DNA of 64,000 nucleotides from Candidatus Margulisiibacteriota bacterium (GTDB lineage Bacteria; Margulisbacteria; WOR-1; O2-12-FULL-45-9): NCBI GenBank assembly GCA_041658745.1, contig JBAZZP010000002.1, positions 76,833 to 140,832 of the forward strand, read 5' to 3'. Shown piece by piece: positions 56,489 to 64,000 of this stretch (position 1 is its first letter; each line of letters starts with the position of its first letter). The notes under the pieces were generated by a model. It saw only the letters and a program-made list of their open reading frames with translations, ran no database searches and was not told where the DNA came from. The position numbers and the translations under genes were made by a program.

Positions 56489-57204
56489 TAATCTATCGCA
56501 AACTCACTATCGCTGATTCCTTGGTTTATCTTAACGTTACTAAATTCCATCTCCATCACAGCTTTGCCGGTGGGAACCACGAAGCTGGAAACAATGCTAA
56601 CAGGCACCGCTACGCCATCAAATTGATCATACTTAATGATGACATTGGCCATAAATTTATTTTTTTCATTGTAGGTCGTCATCTTAATCGGTACCCACAG
56701 ATTAGTATCAATCACAAATTCGGTCTTACCTTTAATAATGTTGCCGGCTTTGGGTAAACAAAACAGTTTAATGGTTCCAGCAATCTTTGATGGTTTAAGC
56801 TCAATATTAAACAGGTCGCTAAAACGGCTAAAATCAATTCTACCTTGATTATTGGCGGCTGCATCCAAGCCTTGCACTGGCGGAACATCCATCACCGTTT
56901 TTTCACCTTGAGAATCAATCATCAGCAGCTTTTTACCGTTAGTAATCGTGGTTTGGGGCTTGGGAGTATAAAGAATAATTTTGGCCTTTTCAGGACCTTT
57001 TGACCAAATTTTACCGTTTAATAAAAAGGTGTCCCTAGCATCAGTCATTTTTGTGCTTGTCTCAATATCCGCCGAAAAATCTTTTACCATGGTCTGTTGG
57101 GATTGTAATTTGGCAAGAACGTCGTCGACAGTTAATGCCGGTGCGGCGAATGAAGCTGTAACCAATGCGACAAAGAGACAGAGTAACAAAGCAACTTTTT
57201 TCAT
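56488..57204 (-). CDS. LolA-like outer-membrane lipoprotein carrier family protein
   Basis: Signal peptide. VLAKLQSQQTMVKDFSADIE is the typical opening of the LolA/LppX fold. 238 aa. Confidence 0.4.
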   Translation of the reverse strand: MKKVALLLCLFVALVTASFAAPALTVDDVLAKLQSQQTMVKDFSADIETSTKMTDARDTFLLNGKIWSKGPEKAKIILYTPKPQTTITNGKKLLMIDSQGEKTVMDVPPVQGLDAAANNQGRIDFSRFSDLFNIELKPSKIAGTIKLFCLPKAGNIIKGKTEFVIDTNLWVPIKMTTYNEKNKFMANVIIKYDQFDGVAVPVSIVSSFVVPTGKAVMEMEFSNVKINQGISDSEFAID

Positions 57205-57366
57205 TCAATTCTCCTTGGTGAAGTATTGTTTTGATTATACCTGTGAGGGATAGTTCATGCAAACTTGTTTTCCTAAAGAAAACACTAAAGCAGTGAAATT
57301 ATTTGTATTATCTGTTGAAAGATAACTGCAAGAATAATGAGTTGAATAACAAGGAGTAAACAAGCA

Positions 57367-58395
57367 ATGAGTCTTAAAATGTACTTTGGTGCGCACATTC
57401 CCGGACTATGGAAAACTTCAAAGCAGTTACACATTGCACAATCTGCCCTTCCCCGGCAATTAGGGATCGAAGTTGCCGAGGCATTAAAAAATATTCGACT
57501 GGACCTATCTGGCTATAAAGCTGGAGAAATTCGCGATATTATTCGCTCCATTCGCAGACTAGGCGTAATTCCAGCAGCCGTAAAAGAAAACATTAGCCAA
57601 CAACTATTACAACTCCCAGAAGTAGCCAATGCGATTGAAGTTAGCGATCTGGAAAATCCTCGCATAGTTACTGCTTACCTTAACTCCTTAAAGGACATCT
57701 GTGTCTTTGCAAAGGTTAACAATTTGGAGGAAGTGCTTAGTGCTGGAAGAATCAGCGGTAAAGATATTGCCACGGCTCTTGCAAACCATATAGACGAGAA
57801 ATTAGCTGATTACTATCTAACACCAGCAGGAAAAGCCAATTATATCATCAGCCTAATACCCATAAATATGGGGATATATGCCCTTGATTTAATTTTAGGA
57901 ACAAAATCACATGAAGCAATCTCAAACCCGGCCATGGAAAAATTGACTAGCGGGCCAATGATTTGCGCATGGCAATACGGCACTGAAACTATCAGCAATA
58001 CGCAGCGGCAAGTACTGGAGTTCTTATGGCACTTATATCCAGATGGGCCAAGAGAAGAACTTCCCTGGCCTATCATTTTCACCAGTAAAGATCGTTTTAG
58101 TCAACAAGAAATGACGGGACTGTTTCGACCGCAAACTTTAAGCTGTGGGTTTGAAACTCCGGCTGGATGCACATTCCCAGACAGTAGTATTTTAGACATT
58201 CTTCTCAACTGGGCTGCCCTCACAGAACAAGCAACTGGTCATGCTCTTACCGTTCATTTGCGCAGAGAGGAAAATCAACCAGAAACTTTAGTAGTAGAAA
58301 CTACCGGCGGTTCCGACCAAGGTCAAATTAAAATATTCCAGATTGGAAGAATCAACTTACGTTTGATAATGCCGTTACCGGCAAGGATAGAATAA
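57367..58395 (+). CDS. Hypothetical protein (342 aa), first gene of a two-gene plus-strand operon
   Basis: AAGGAG RBS. No signal peptide or recognisable motif. 1-nt stop/start overlap (TAATG) with the next gene. Confidence 0.45.
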   Translation: MSLKMYFGAHIPGLWKTSKQLHIAQSALPRQLGIEVAEALKNIRLDLSGYKAGEIRDIIRSIRRLGVIPAAVKENISQQLLQLPEVANAIEVSDLENPRIVTAYLNSLKDICVFAKVNNLEEVLSAGRISGKDIATALANHIDEKLADYYLTPAGKANYIISLIPINMGIYALDLILGTKSHEAISNPAMEKLTSGPMICAWQYGTETISNTQRQVLEFLWHLYPDGPREELPWPIIFTSKDRFSQQEMTGLFRPQTLSCGFETPAGCTFPDSSILDILLNWAALTEQATGHALTVHLRREENQPETLVVETTGGSDQGQIKIFQIGRINLRLIMPLPARIE

Positions 58396-58802
58396 TGAAA
58401 GTACAAGCAACTACCTCCAATTGGTATTTAAAGATCCCAGTTTTAGGGCCAGAAATTGCAGCACGAAGATTGGCACCGAGACTAAAGATTACAGTTAAAG
58501 GCCCTTATAATGGCCAACTCTCTGCTGCACAAAAACGGTTTGTCGCTAGGCAATTGCTAGATCACTTTGCACTACAGGAAATAGATATAGACAAGCCAGT
58601 AGTTTGCTCTGTTGTAGAAATATCACGTACAGAAAAAGATCTTTTTGTGCAAAGATCAACTGATGGACATATTGAAGGATCACAAGAAGTTGAATATCCA
58701 GTTACAGGCTATTATTTAACATCAATAACGTGTAATGGGGATACGATTGATACAAATAACTATTTATTACATAGTGATGAGCCTAAAGGGATGTATTACT
58801 AA
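58395..58802 (+). CDS. Hypothetical protein (135 aa), translationally coupled to the upstream gene
   Basis: ATG overlaps the upstream TAA. No recognisable motif. Confidence 0.4.
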   Translation: MKVQATTSNWYLKIPVLGPEIAARRLAPRLKITVKGPYNGQLSAAQKRFVARQLLDHFALQEIDIDKPVVCSVVEISRTEKDLFVQRSTDGHIEGSQEVEYPVTGYYLTSITCNGDTIDTNNYLLHSDEPKGMYY

Positions 58803-58889
58803 ACGCAAGAGCAGCCTAAACGTTACCTGTTCCCTTAGTGCCTGCCGGTAGGCAGGTCTTAGTGTTTATCCCCATTCGAAAACAAAAGA

Positions 58890-59477
58890 TTAAAGTTCCT
58901 GTCTATAGCCAACACTAATTAAATATGGCAGAGGATAACTCATCGCCCATTTTTTCAGTAGCATAGGAAAGGTCAAATCTAAATTCATTAAACCACCCAA
59001 GACTTTTACGTTAGCCCCTAAGCCTGCACTAATATCTGCCGAAGTACTCCCGCAATTATAATAGAAAGCATTATTGCGTAAATCCCAACTACAAACCGAA
59101 TATAGGCCAGTTCCAAACCTAAAATAGGTATCTGCACTGGCAATTTTGGGCAAGCTAAATAAATGATCGATAGTCAAAAAAGTGGTGGTTTCTACCACTT
59201 TTCCACCCGAAATACTGCGGTTAACAATATTTTGGTCAACCAAATAACCCAAACGGAGTTCCGTAGTGTAGGCATTGCTAAATTTATAAAAATAAGTGAC
59301 TGTGATGAAGTCTCCAGCTTCGCTCGAAATGGGGGAAAATTCGAATAAATCGTTATAGACCCCCAAATTTACCCCAAAACCAAAATGGCCATTATGTTCA
59401 GCTTCTGGTATAGACAAGGCAAAAGAAGTGGAAATACAAGTAACAAAGAGACATAGAAACAAAGCAACTTTCTTCAT
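58890..59477 (-). CDS. Small secreted/outer-membrane beta-rich protein
   Basis: Signal peptide MKKVALFLCLFVTCISTSFA, nearly identical at the DNA level to that of the LolA-like gene. Alternating aromatic beta-strand pattern. Bracketed by 28-bp direct repeats. Confidence 0.4.
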   Translation of the reverse strand: MKKVALFLCLFVTCISTSFALSIPEAEHNGHFGFGVNLGVYNDLFEFSPISSEAGDFITVTYFYKFSNAYTTELRLGYLVDQNIVNRSISGGKVVETTTFLTIDHLFSLPKIASADTYFRFGTGLYSVCSWDLRNNAFYYNCGSTSADISAGLGANVKVLGGLMNLDLTFPMLLKKWAMSYPLPYLISVGYRQEL

Positions 59478-59543
59478 ACTGCTAAATTATACCCTTGCGG
59501 AAAAGCACAAGCAAATAAAAAAGCAGCCTTATCGTTGTCTGTT

Positions 59544-59615
59544 CCCTTAGAGTCTTAGAGCCTTTGAGGCTCTTCCTATTTGAAATTGCCTCCAAGACTC
59601 AAAGGCTCTAAGGGG
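59544..59615. repeat. Long inverted repeat (about 15-bp stem, about 29-nt loop) plus a flanking 28-bp direct repeat copy
   Basis: TCTTAGAGCCTTTGAG ... CTCAAAGGCTCTAAG. Adjacent is GCAGCCTTATCGTTGTCTGTTCCCTTAG (59523-59550), which matches GCAGCCTAAACGTTACCTGTTCCCTTAG at 58811-58838. Confidence 0.5.
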
Positions 59616-59624
59616 ATAAAACAC

Positions 59625-61736
59625 TTACGCTTTGATCGGCAAGCTAACTGTAAATGTCGTCCCCTTTCCTTCCCCACTCCCAACTCCTAGCTCCTGACTC
59701 CGAACTGTAATCTCTCCACCATGATCCTTGATGATTTTGTAAGTAATCGCAAGGCCCAACCCCATCCCATCTTCTTTGGTAGTAAAAAAGGGCTCAAAGA
59801 TGTTTTTGAGTTGGTCAGCCGGTATTCCCTTTCCAGTGTCTTTGATCTCAACTTCAATTTTACCTGCCTCCGGCAATTGGCGACTAATTATGCTTAAAGT
59901 TCCTCCAGCTGTCATGGCTTGAAGAGCATTAAGGAGAAGATTAGTAAAAACTTGAGTGAGTTGCTCGGCATCGGCATTAATGAGAGGCAGTGGCGCTAAA
60001 TCTTTTTCAACCAAAATATGCTGGTTGTGGCAGCGGTTATTAAATAATTGCAGGCAATTATCGATAATGGCATTAATGTTCACCTGCGACAAAACCGCTT
60101 TGGGCGGTCGACTAAGCTGCGCCAAATTCTCTACCAGATTAGATAAACGATCTACTTCTCTGGGAACAACGTCTTTAAAATCTTGCAGGGTTTCAGCATC
60201 ATCGGGGTTACGTTCGATGGCTTGGGTCATCCCTTTGATGGCAGCAAGGGGATTTTTGATCTCATGCGCCATCCCTGCAGCAATACGCCCCAAAGCCGAC
60301 AGTTTATCAGCCAAAAGCAATTGTTTCTGGGCTTCCAGCATTTTTTCGTGCAAGGCAGCATTTTCGATGGCGATGGCTAATTGATTAGATAATGTGGTCA
60401 ACAGATCAATATCTTCATCCGAATACATATCTTGGGACAATTTTTCACCCAAATTAAAAATGCCGATTAACTTATTTTCAAAAATAAGCGGGATGCAGAG
60501 GGCAGCCTCCAACTCCTCCATTTCCAGCTTAATCGCCAGTAACTCTTGTATTTTTTCACTCTTTGTCTCCCCACTCGTTTCTATTTCTCGTTTAATTTCA
60601 TCTAATACTATTGGTTTATGGGTTTTGGTGAGGTAAGCAATAAGACAACTATCGATTTTGATTTCGTTCTGATTTTTAGACAATAAATAAACAGAAATAT
60701 GTAATAATTTCAATTGACTCATCAATGTTTTCTTAACAACTTTCAATAACGCATTTAAATCAAAAATATTCGCTGATACTTGGCTCAATTCTTTCAGAGT
60801 CTTCTGATAATTATATTTATCCTTAAAAAATATACGGTCTATTTGCAGTTGAACATGATTTTTGAGCGGTTGGAAGATGATAGCAAAAATAATGATTAGC
60901 ATGGGGATAACAAGAAAATACAACCCACCAGCTATATTTTGGAACAATTGGCTAAATAAAAAGATAAAACAAATATATAAACCCGTGAAAAGGCTGATAA
61001 CTAAAGAATAAACCATCCCTTTGCGAATGATTATATTTATATCAAGAAGACGGCGCCTTAAAATCGCATAACTCATAATAAAAACGAAAATTACCTCAAA
61101 TATCCATCCAAAAGGGTAGATTTCTACACCATATTTCTGCAAATAATCAAACGCACCTAAAAGAGCAATTAAATAAGCCCAGAAAATAATCGCAATTCTA
61201 TTAGCTTCAAGCACCGAATATTTTTGTCGTTCATTATAACTTTTGAATAAAAGCCATAGTCCCCTACCAAATATTATAAAAAAAACAAACAGATAGATGG
61301 GATGAAATTGACCTGCACGAGAATAATAACCCCAAAAATGTCTACTGGGCATGATTTGAATAAAGTCCGTATAAATCATCAACAAAGCAAAAACAAGCAT
61401 AATCAGATAAGACAGGCCCACATAGAGTTTCTCTTTCGGCTCTCTTAAATAACTAATAGTTAAGTGGTAAAAAGTTGGTGCGCTGAAAGCCGCAGAAAGA
61501 CAGGCAAATCTTGAAGCATAAAGAGCATAAATAATATTATTGGTTGAATACACTATGCTATAGCCAAGCAACCAAAAACAGATGGACAAACAAAACAAGC
61601 CAAAAGAACAATTGACTGCAGCTCTTGGATTTTTAAAGCAAACAAATGTTCCTATGCATAATATGGTAATTGAACCGATCAATGTTGGGATTGAATAAAT
61701 TGACATGATGTTTCTCGTCGTTTTCTTCGTTTTCAC
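59625..61736 (-). CDS. Membrane sensor histidine kinase (7TM-type sensor domain, GAF-like, HisKA, HATPase)
   Basis: About 8 N-terminal TMs, a GAF-like middle, H-box MAHEIKNPL, HATPase N/G boxes. 703 aa. Confidence 0.8.
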   Translation of the reverse strand: MKTKKTTRNIMSIYSIPTLIGSITILCIGTFVCFKNPRAAVNCSFGLFCLSICFWLLGYSIVYSTNNIIYALYASRFACLSAAFSAPTFYHLTISYLREPKEKLYVGLSYLIMLVFALLMIYTDFIQIMPSRHFWGYYSRAGQFHPIYLFVFFIIFGRGLWLLFKSYNERQKYSVLEANRIAIIFWAYLIALLGAFDYLQKYGVEIYPFGWIFEVIFVFIMSYAILRRRLLDINIIIRKGMVYSLVISLFTGLYICFIFLFSQLFQNIAGGLYFLVIPMLIIIFAIIFQPLKNHVQLQIDRIFFKDKYNYQKTLKELSQVSANIFDLNALLKVVKKTLMSQLKLLHISVYLLSKNQNEIKIDSCLIAYLTKTHKPIVLDEIKREIETSGETKSEKIQELLAIKLEMEELEAALCIPLIFENKLIGIFNLGEKLSQDMYSDEDIDLLTTLSNQLAIAIENAALHEKMLEAQKQLLLADKLSALGRIAAGMAHEIKNPLAAIKGMTQAIERNPDDAETLQDFKDVVPREVDRLSNLVENLAQLSRPPKAVLSQVNINAIIDNCLQLFNNRCHNQHILVEKDLAPLPLINADAEQLTQVFTNLLLNALQAMTAGGTLSIISRQLPEAGKIEVEIKDTGKGIPADQLKNIFEPFFTTKEDGMGLGLAITYKIIKDHGGEITVRSQELGVGSGEGKGTTFTVSLPIKA

Positions 61737-61802
61737 CTAAAACCATTACATCAACATTTTGTCATAAACACTTTCTGATTTATGACTAAGCAAGTGGTCC
61801 GA

Positions 61803-62771
61803 CTACCTTACCATTTCCAACCAGCTTTTTCTACATTCACACTCAGCCGAATTAAATATGTTTATGTTGTGGTTTTCTTTAAAATGCATAAACATTTTTG
61901 TAAATTCAGAATTACACTTGGAACAGTTGCTCGGAGAAGAAATTGGCATGGGAGCGTCATTAAAATCACCAATTCTAATAGCACCCAAATTATATGTGGC
62001 TCTTAATATTTCCATAATTGTCCATAATTTTGGTGGGGAATATTCATTTCTTTTATGATATTTATCCATTAGAGTATTACAATGTACAGTCCCAGCATTA
62101 AATACAACATAATCCGAACCAGCATAAAAGACTTTTTCGGCTGATAAAATAGACTCAATAATTGCTTGTTTTTCGGTTAAGAACAAGGGCTTAATGAATA
62201 AATAAGTTAAAACCTTTACGTTGTTATCCTTCAAAACAGAAAGAGCAATTTTATAATCTTCAAAAGTGAATCCTTTATTTATGCATTTTTCTCGTATGTG
62301 ATCCGAAAAACATTCTAGCCCAATCCCAACTATAATTTCTTTATTTGTTAGTTTGTTAATGCTTTTCATCTTATGATCACTTATAAATTCCGGTCTAGAC
62401 TCAATGAGAACTTGTTTTATATGATCAAAGTAGTTAATATATCTAAAAATGTTTAGTTGAAATCTAAACGGTATTTCTTCATCGTTAAAAAAACTCCCAC
62501 CATTAAAAATAGATATTAGTTCCGGCTTCTTTCCCCTTGTTATAAACAATGCCCCTAAAAACAGAAGAAGAAAAACGATTGAAGGCAATTTAATTCCATG
62601 CGAGTATTTGTCTGTTTCATATTTAAAACCACACATATTGCAACCGCCATGCTTAAGTTTTGCCCATGCACATCCAGCTCCCGGAAGCATGACAACTAAT
62701 CTTTTAATTGGCCTATTCAAGTGCGGATCAAAAATCGTATCAATATTAAAATAATTCGGAAAAATTCTCAT
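61803..62771 (-). CDS. Putative Fe-S / radical-SAM-like enzyme (Cx9Cx2C motif)
   Basis: The N-terminal cluster GAGCAWAKLKHGGCNMCGF, with three Cys spaced Cx9Cx2C, is reminiscent of non-canonical radical SAM families. More Cys pairs sit near the C-terminus (CSKC, CEC). Confidence 0.3.
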   Translation of the reverse strand: MRIFPNYFNIDTIFDPHLNRPIKRLVVMLPGAGCAWAKLKHGGCNMCGFKYETDKYSHGIKLPSIVFLLLFLGALFITRGKKPELISIFNGGSFFNDEEIPFRFQLNIFRYINYFDHIKQVLIESRPEFISDHKMKSINKLTNKEIIVGIGLECFSDHIREKCINKGFTFEDYKIALSVLKDNNVKVLTYLFIKPLFLTEKQAIIESILSAEKVFYAGSDYVVFNAGTVHCNTLMDKYHKRNEYSPPKLWTIMEILRATYNLGAIRIGDFNDAPMPISSPSNCSKCNSEFTKMFMHFKENHNINIFNSAECECRKSWLEMVR

Positions 62772-62774
62772 TGT

Positions 62775-63470
62775 TTATAAATTAAAAAGCAAAGAAAAGA
62801 ACCTTGCAATAATGTTTGAGTATTTAGAAATAAAGTAAAAAGGGTTTCTCCAAGAAACAATAACACCATAATTTTCACTCTCCGGGTCGATAAAATAATT
62901 TGGCACGATCTTTTCAATCTTCATACCGATGCTACGATATAGCGCCAACTCTGGATCTAAAGGCCTCCCTCTTTTTGTTATAGCATAGACATAGTCATTT
63001 ATATTCATAGATTTACTATACCTATGATATTTGGGAACTCTGCTTCCTAAAAAGATCTTTTCAAGATTCAACTTAATTGCCAGCTTGCCACAGCTTTCGT
63101 ACAACCTCACAGCCACCCTTTTGTCCGAAACCTTAGGATCAACACTCATACTTACACCGTAAATTGATCTGCCATTTTTATTGTGACTTTTTGTTATATA
63201 TCCGTTATCAGATAATACATACCAGGTCAAATCTTTTTCTAAATAATCTTCGAGATTTATCCGTTCCATTGAACAAAATCCTCTAATTTGGTTCTCAACG
63301 ATAGCACAGTTCATTCCTTCCGGAAATGCGGCTAATCGAGACAAAATCATTTCTTTATTAGCAGCTAAGTCTTTGCCCCAAGCTTTATGCTCGATCTCAA
63401 TTAGGCGATCAACATCTTCCCTCTCAGCGCGCCTAATAATAATTTTCTTTTTATTTTTATTTAATAGCAT
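62775..63470 (-). CDS. GNAT-family N-acyltransferase-like protein
   Basis: N-terminus IRRAEREDVDRLIEIEHKAW is a typical GNAT opening. 231 aa. Immediately upstream of the Fe-S gene. Confidence 0.4.
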   Translation of the reverse strand: MLLNKNKKKIIIRRAEREDVDRLIEIEHKAWGKDLAANKEMILSRLAAFPEGMNCAIVENQIRGFCSMERINLEDYLEKDLTWYVLSDNGYITKSHNKNGRSIYGVSMSVDPKVSDKRVAVRLYESCGKLAIKLNLEKIFLGSRVPKYHRYSKSMNINDYVYAITKRGRPLDPELALYRSIGMKIEKIVPNYFIDPESENYGVIVSWRNPFYFISKYSNIIARFFSLLFNL

Positions 63471-63571
63471 TACAATTGATGACCAACTTATTTATATGTT
63501 ACAATGAACCTAAATCGAAGTAAAGCGGAATAGATATAGATAGAGTTGATTTTTGTTTATCAAATGAACTA

Positions 63572-64000
63572 ATGCAACAAATAATTTCCTTCATTATTGT
63601 TTTTTTAATCTTGATGCTTGGATTAGCTTCTTTTTTAAAAAACAAATATCGCGCAAGCAATCTCTTCTTTTTTATGTTCACGTTTTTTTTGTCTTTTTGG
63701 CTTATATTTTTATTCTACGAGAGTGAGTCGCTACCATCAAATCTAGCGATGATGTTATTAGCTGCTGATTACGCTGTGGGTCCGATTGTCTCGTTATTAT
63801 TTTTATTGTTTTGTTTAAATTTTCCAAACGAATCTAAAATATCAAGCAAATACGCTCTTGTTTTATTACTGCCAATATTTATTTTAATTATTAGCGTGGC
63901 TAGCCCATTTCTATTGCAGAACATACGTTTCGAACAACTAAAGATAATTTATGATATGGGGTTATTTTATCCTATTTATGCCCTAATAATTATCTTATAT
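63572..64000 (+). CDS. Polytopic membrane protein (partial; continues past window end)
   Basis: Open plus-strand frame from the ATG at 63572 to the window end. Hydrophobic helices (MQQIISFIIVFLILMLGLASFL...) resembling the N-terminal sensor domain of the 59625-61736 kinase. Not in the ORF track because it runs off the edge. Confidence 0.4.
   Translation, partial: MQQIISFIIVFLILMLGLASFLKNKYRASNLFFFMFTFFLSFWLIFLFYESESLPSNLAMMLLAADYAVGPIVSLLFLLFCLNFPNESKISSKYALVLLLPIFILIISVASPFLLQNIRFEQLKIIYDMGLFYPIYALIIILY

Noticed and set aside
58841-58856. CCTGCC-GGTA-GGCAGG hairpin as a rho-independent terminator for the convergent genes
   Set aside because: No U-run follows on either strand. More likely part of the repeat/cassette boundary than a canonical terminator.
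1-64000. CRISPR arrays, tRNA/rRNA genes, IS elements, prophage
   Set aside because: No regularly spaced direct repeats with spacers, no tRNA T-loop or cloverleaf candidates in intergenic regions, no transposase or phage structural gene signatures were seen.

Overview
The window reads as a chromosomal segment from a low-GC (about 40%) diderm bacterium. The evidence for an outer membrane is a secretin, a LolA-like carrier and flagellar L/P-ring genes. Nearly all genes are on the minus strand and densely packed. In order, the window holds the following blocks. (1) The end of a flagellar basal-body cluster: partial flgH, flgA, flgG, an flgF-like rod gene, a standalone FlhB C-terminal-domain gene and a FliK-like gene, then rplY/ctc (L25). 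(2) A BNR/Ycf48-like beta-propeller lipoprotein. (3) The cell-shape cluster mrdA (PBP2), mreD, mreC, mreB. (4) Housekeeping genes: a SPOR protein, folC, an M50 protease, xerD, a NUDIX hydrolase, an M20 peptidase and thiL. (5) Large surface lipoproteins with Thr-rich linkers. (6) An island of six hypothetical genes (20.2–27.0 kb) encoding proteins without signal peptides, including L,D-transpeptidase-like and phosphodiester-glycosidase (NAGPA)-like domains. This is the most unusual part of the window. (7) zupT, hom and prs. (8) A complete type IVa pilus locus: pilT, a short secretin, a pilO-like gene, a pilM–pilN fusion, a PilX-like beta-helical tip protein, three minor pilins, pilA, pilC and pilB. 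(9) A dense signal-transduction block with three histidine kinases, five single-domain response regulators and two PAS-only proteins. (10) Tandem paralogous secreted proteins downstream of a sigma-54 (NtrC-type) activator. (11) A DUF2779 RecB-like/DEDD-like nuclease next to an overlapping two-gene operon of unknowns, and a small OMP-like gene bracketed by direct repeats and a long inverted repeat. (12) Another membrane sensor kinase, an Fe-S/radical-SAM-like gene, a GNAT and a partial membrane protein. No rRNA, tRNA, CRISPR array or obvious prophage or IS element was seen. Several short dispersed repeat families and conserved signal-peptide-encoding DNA segments are present and are not explained by the gene calls. 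All coordinates below come from manual reading and may be off by a few nucleotides.
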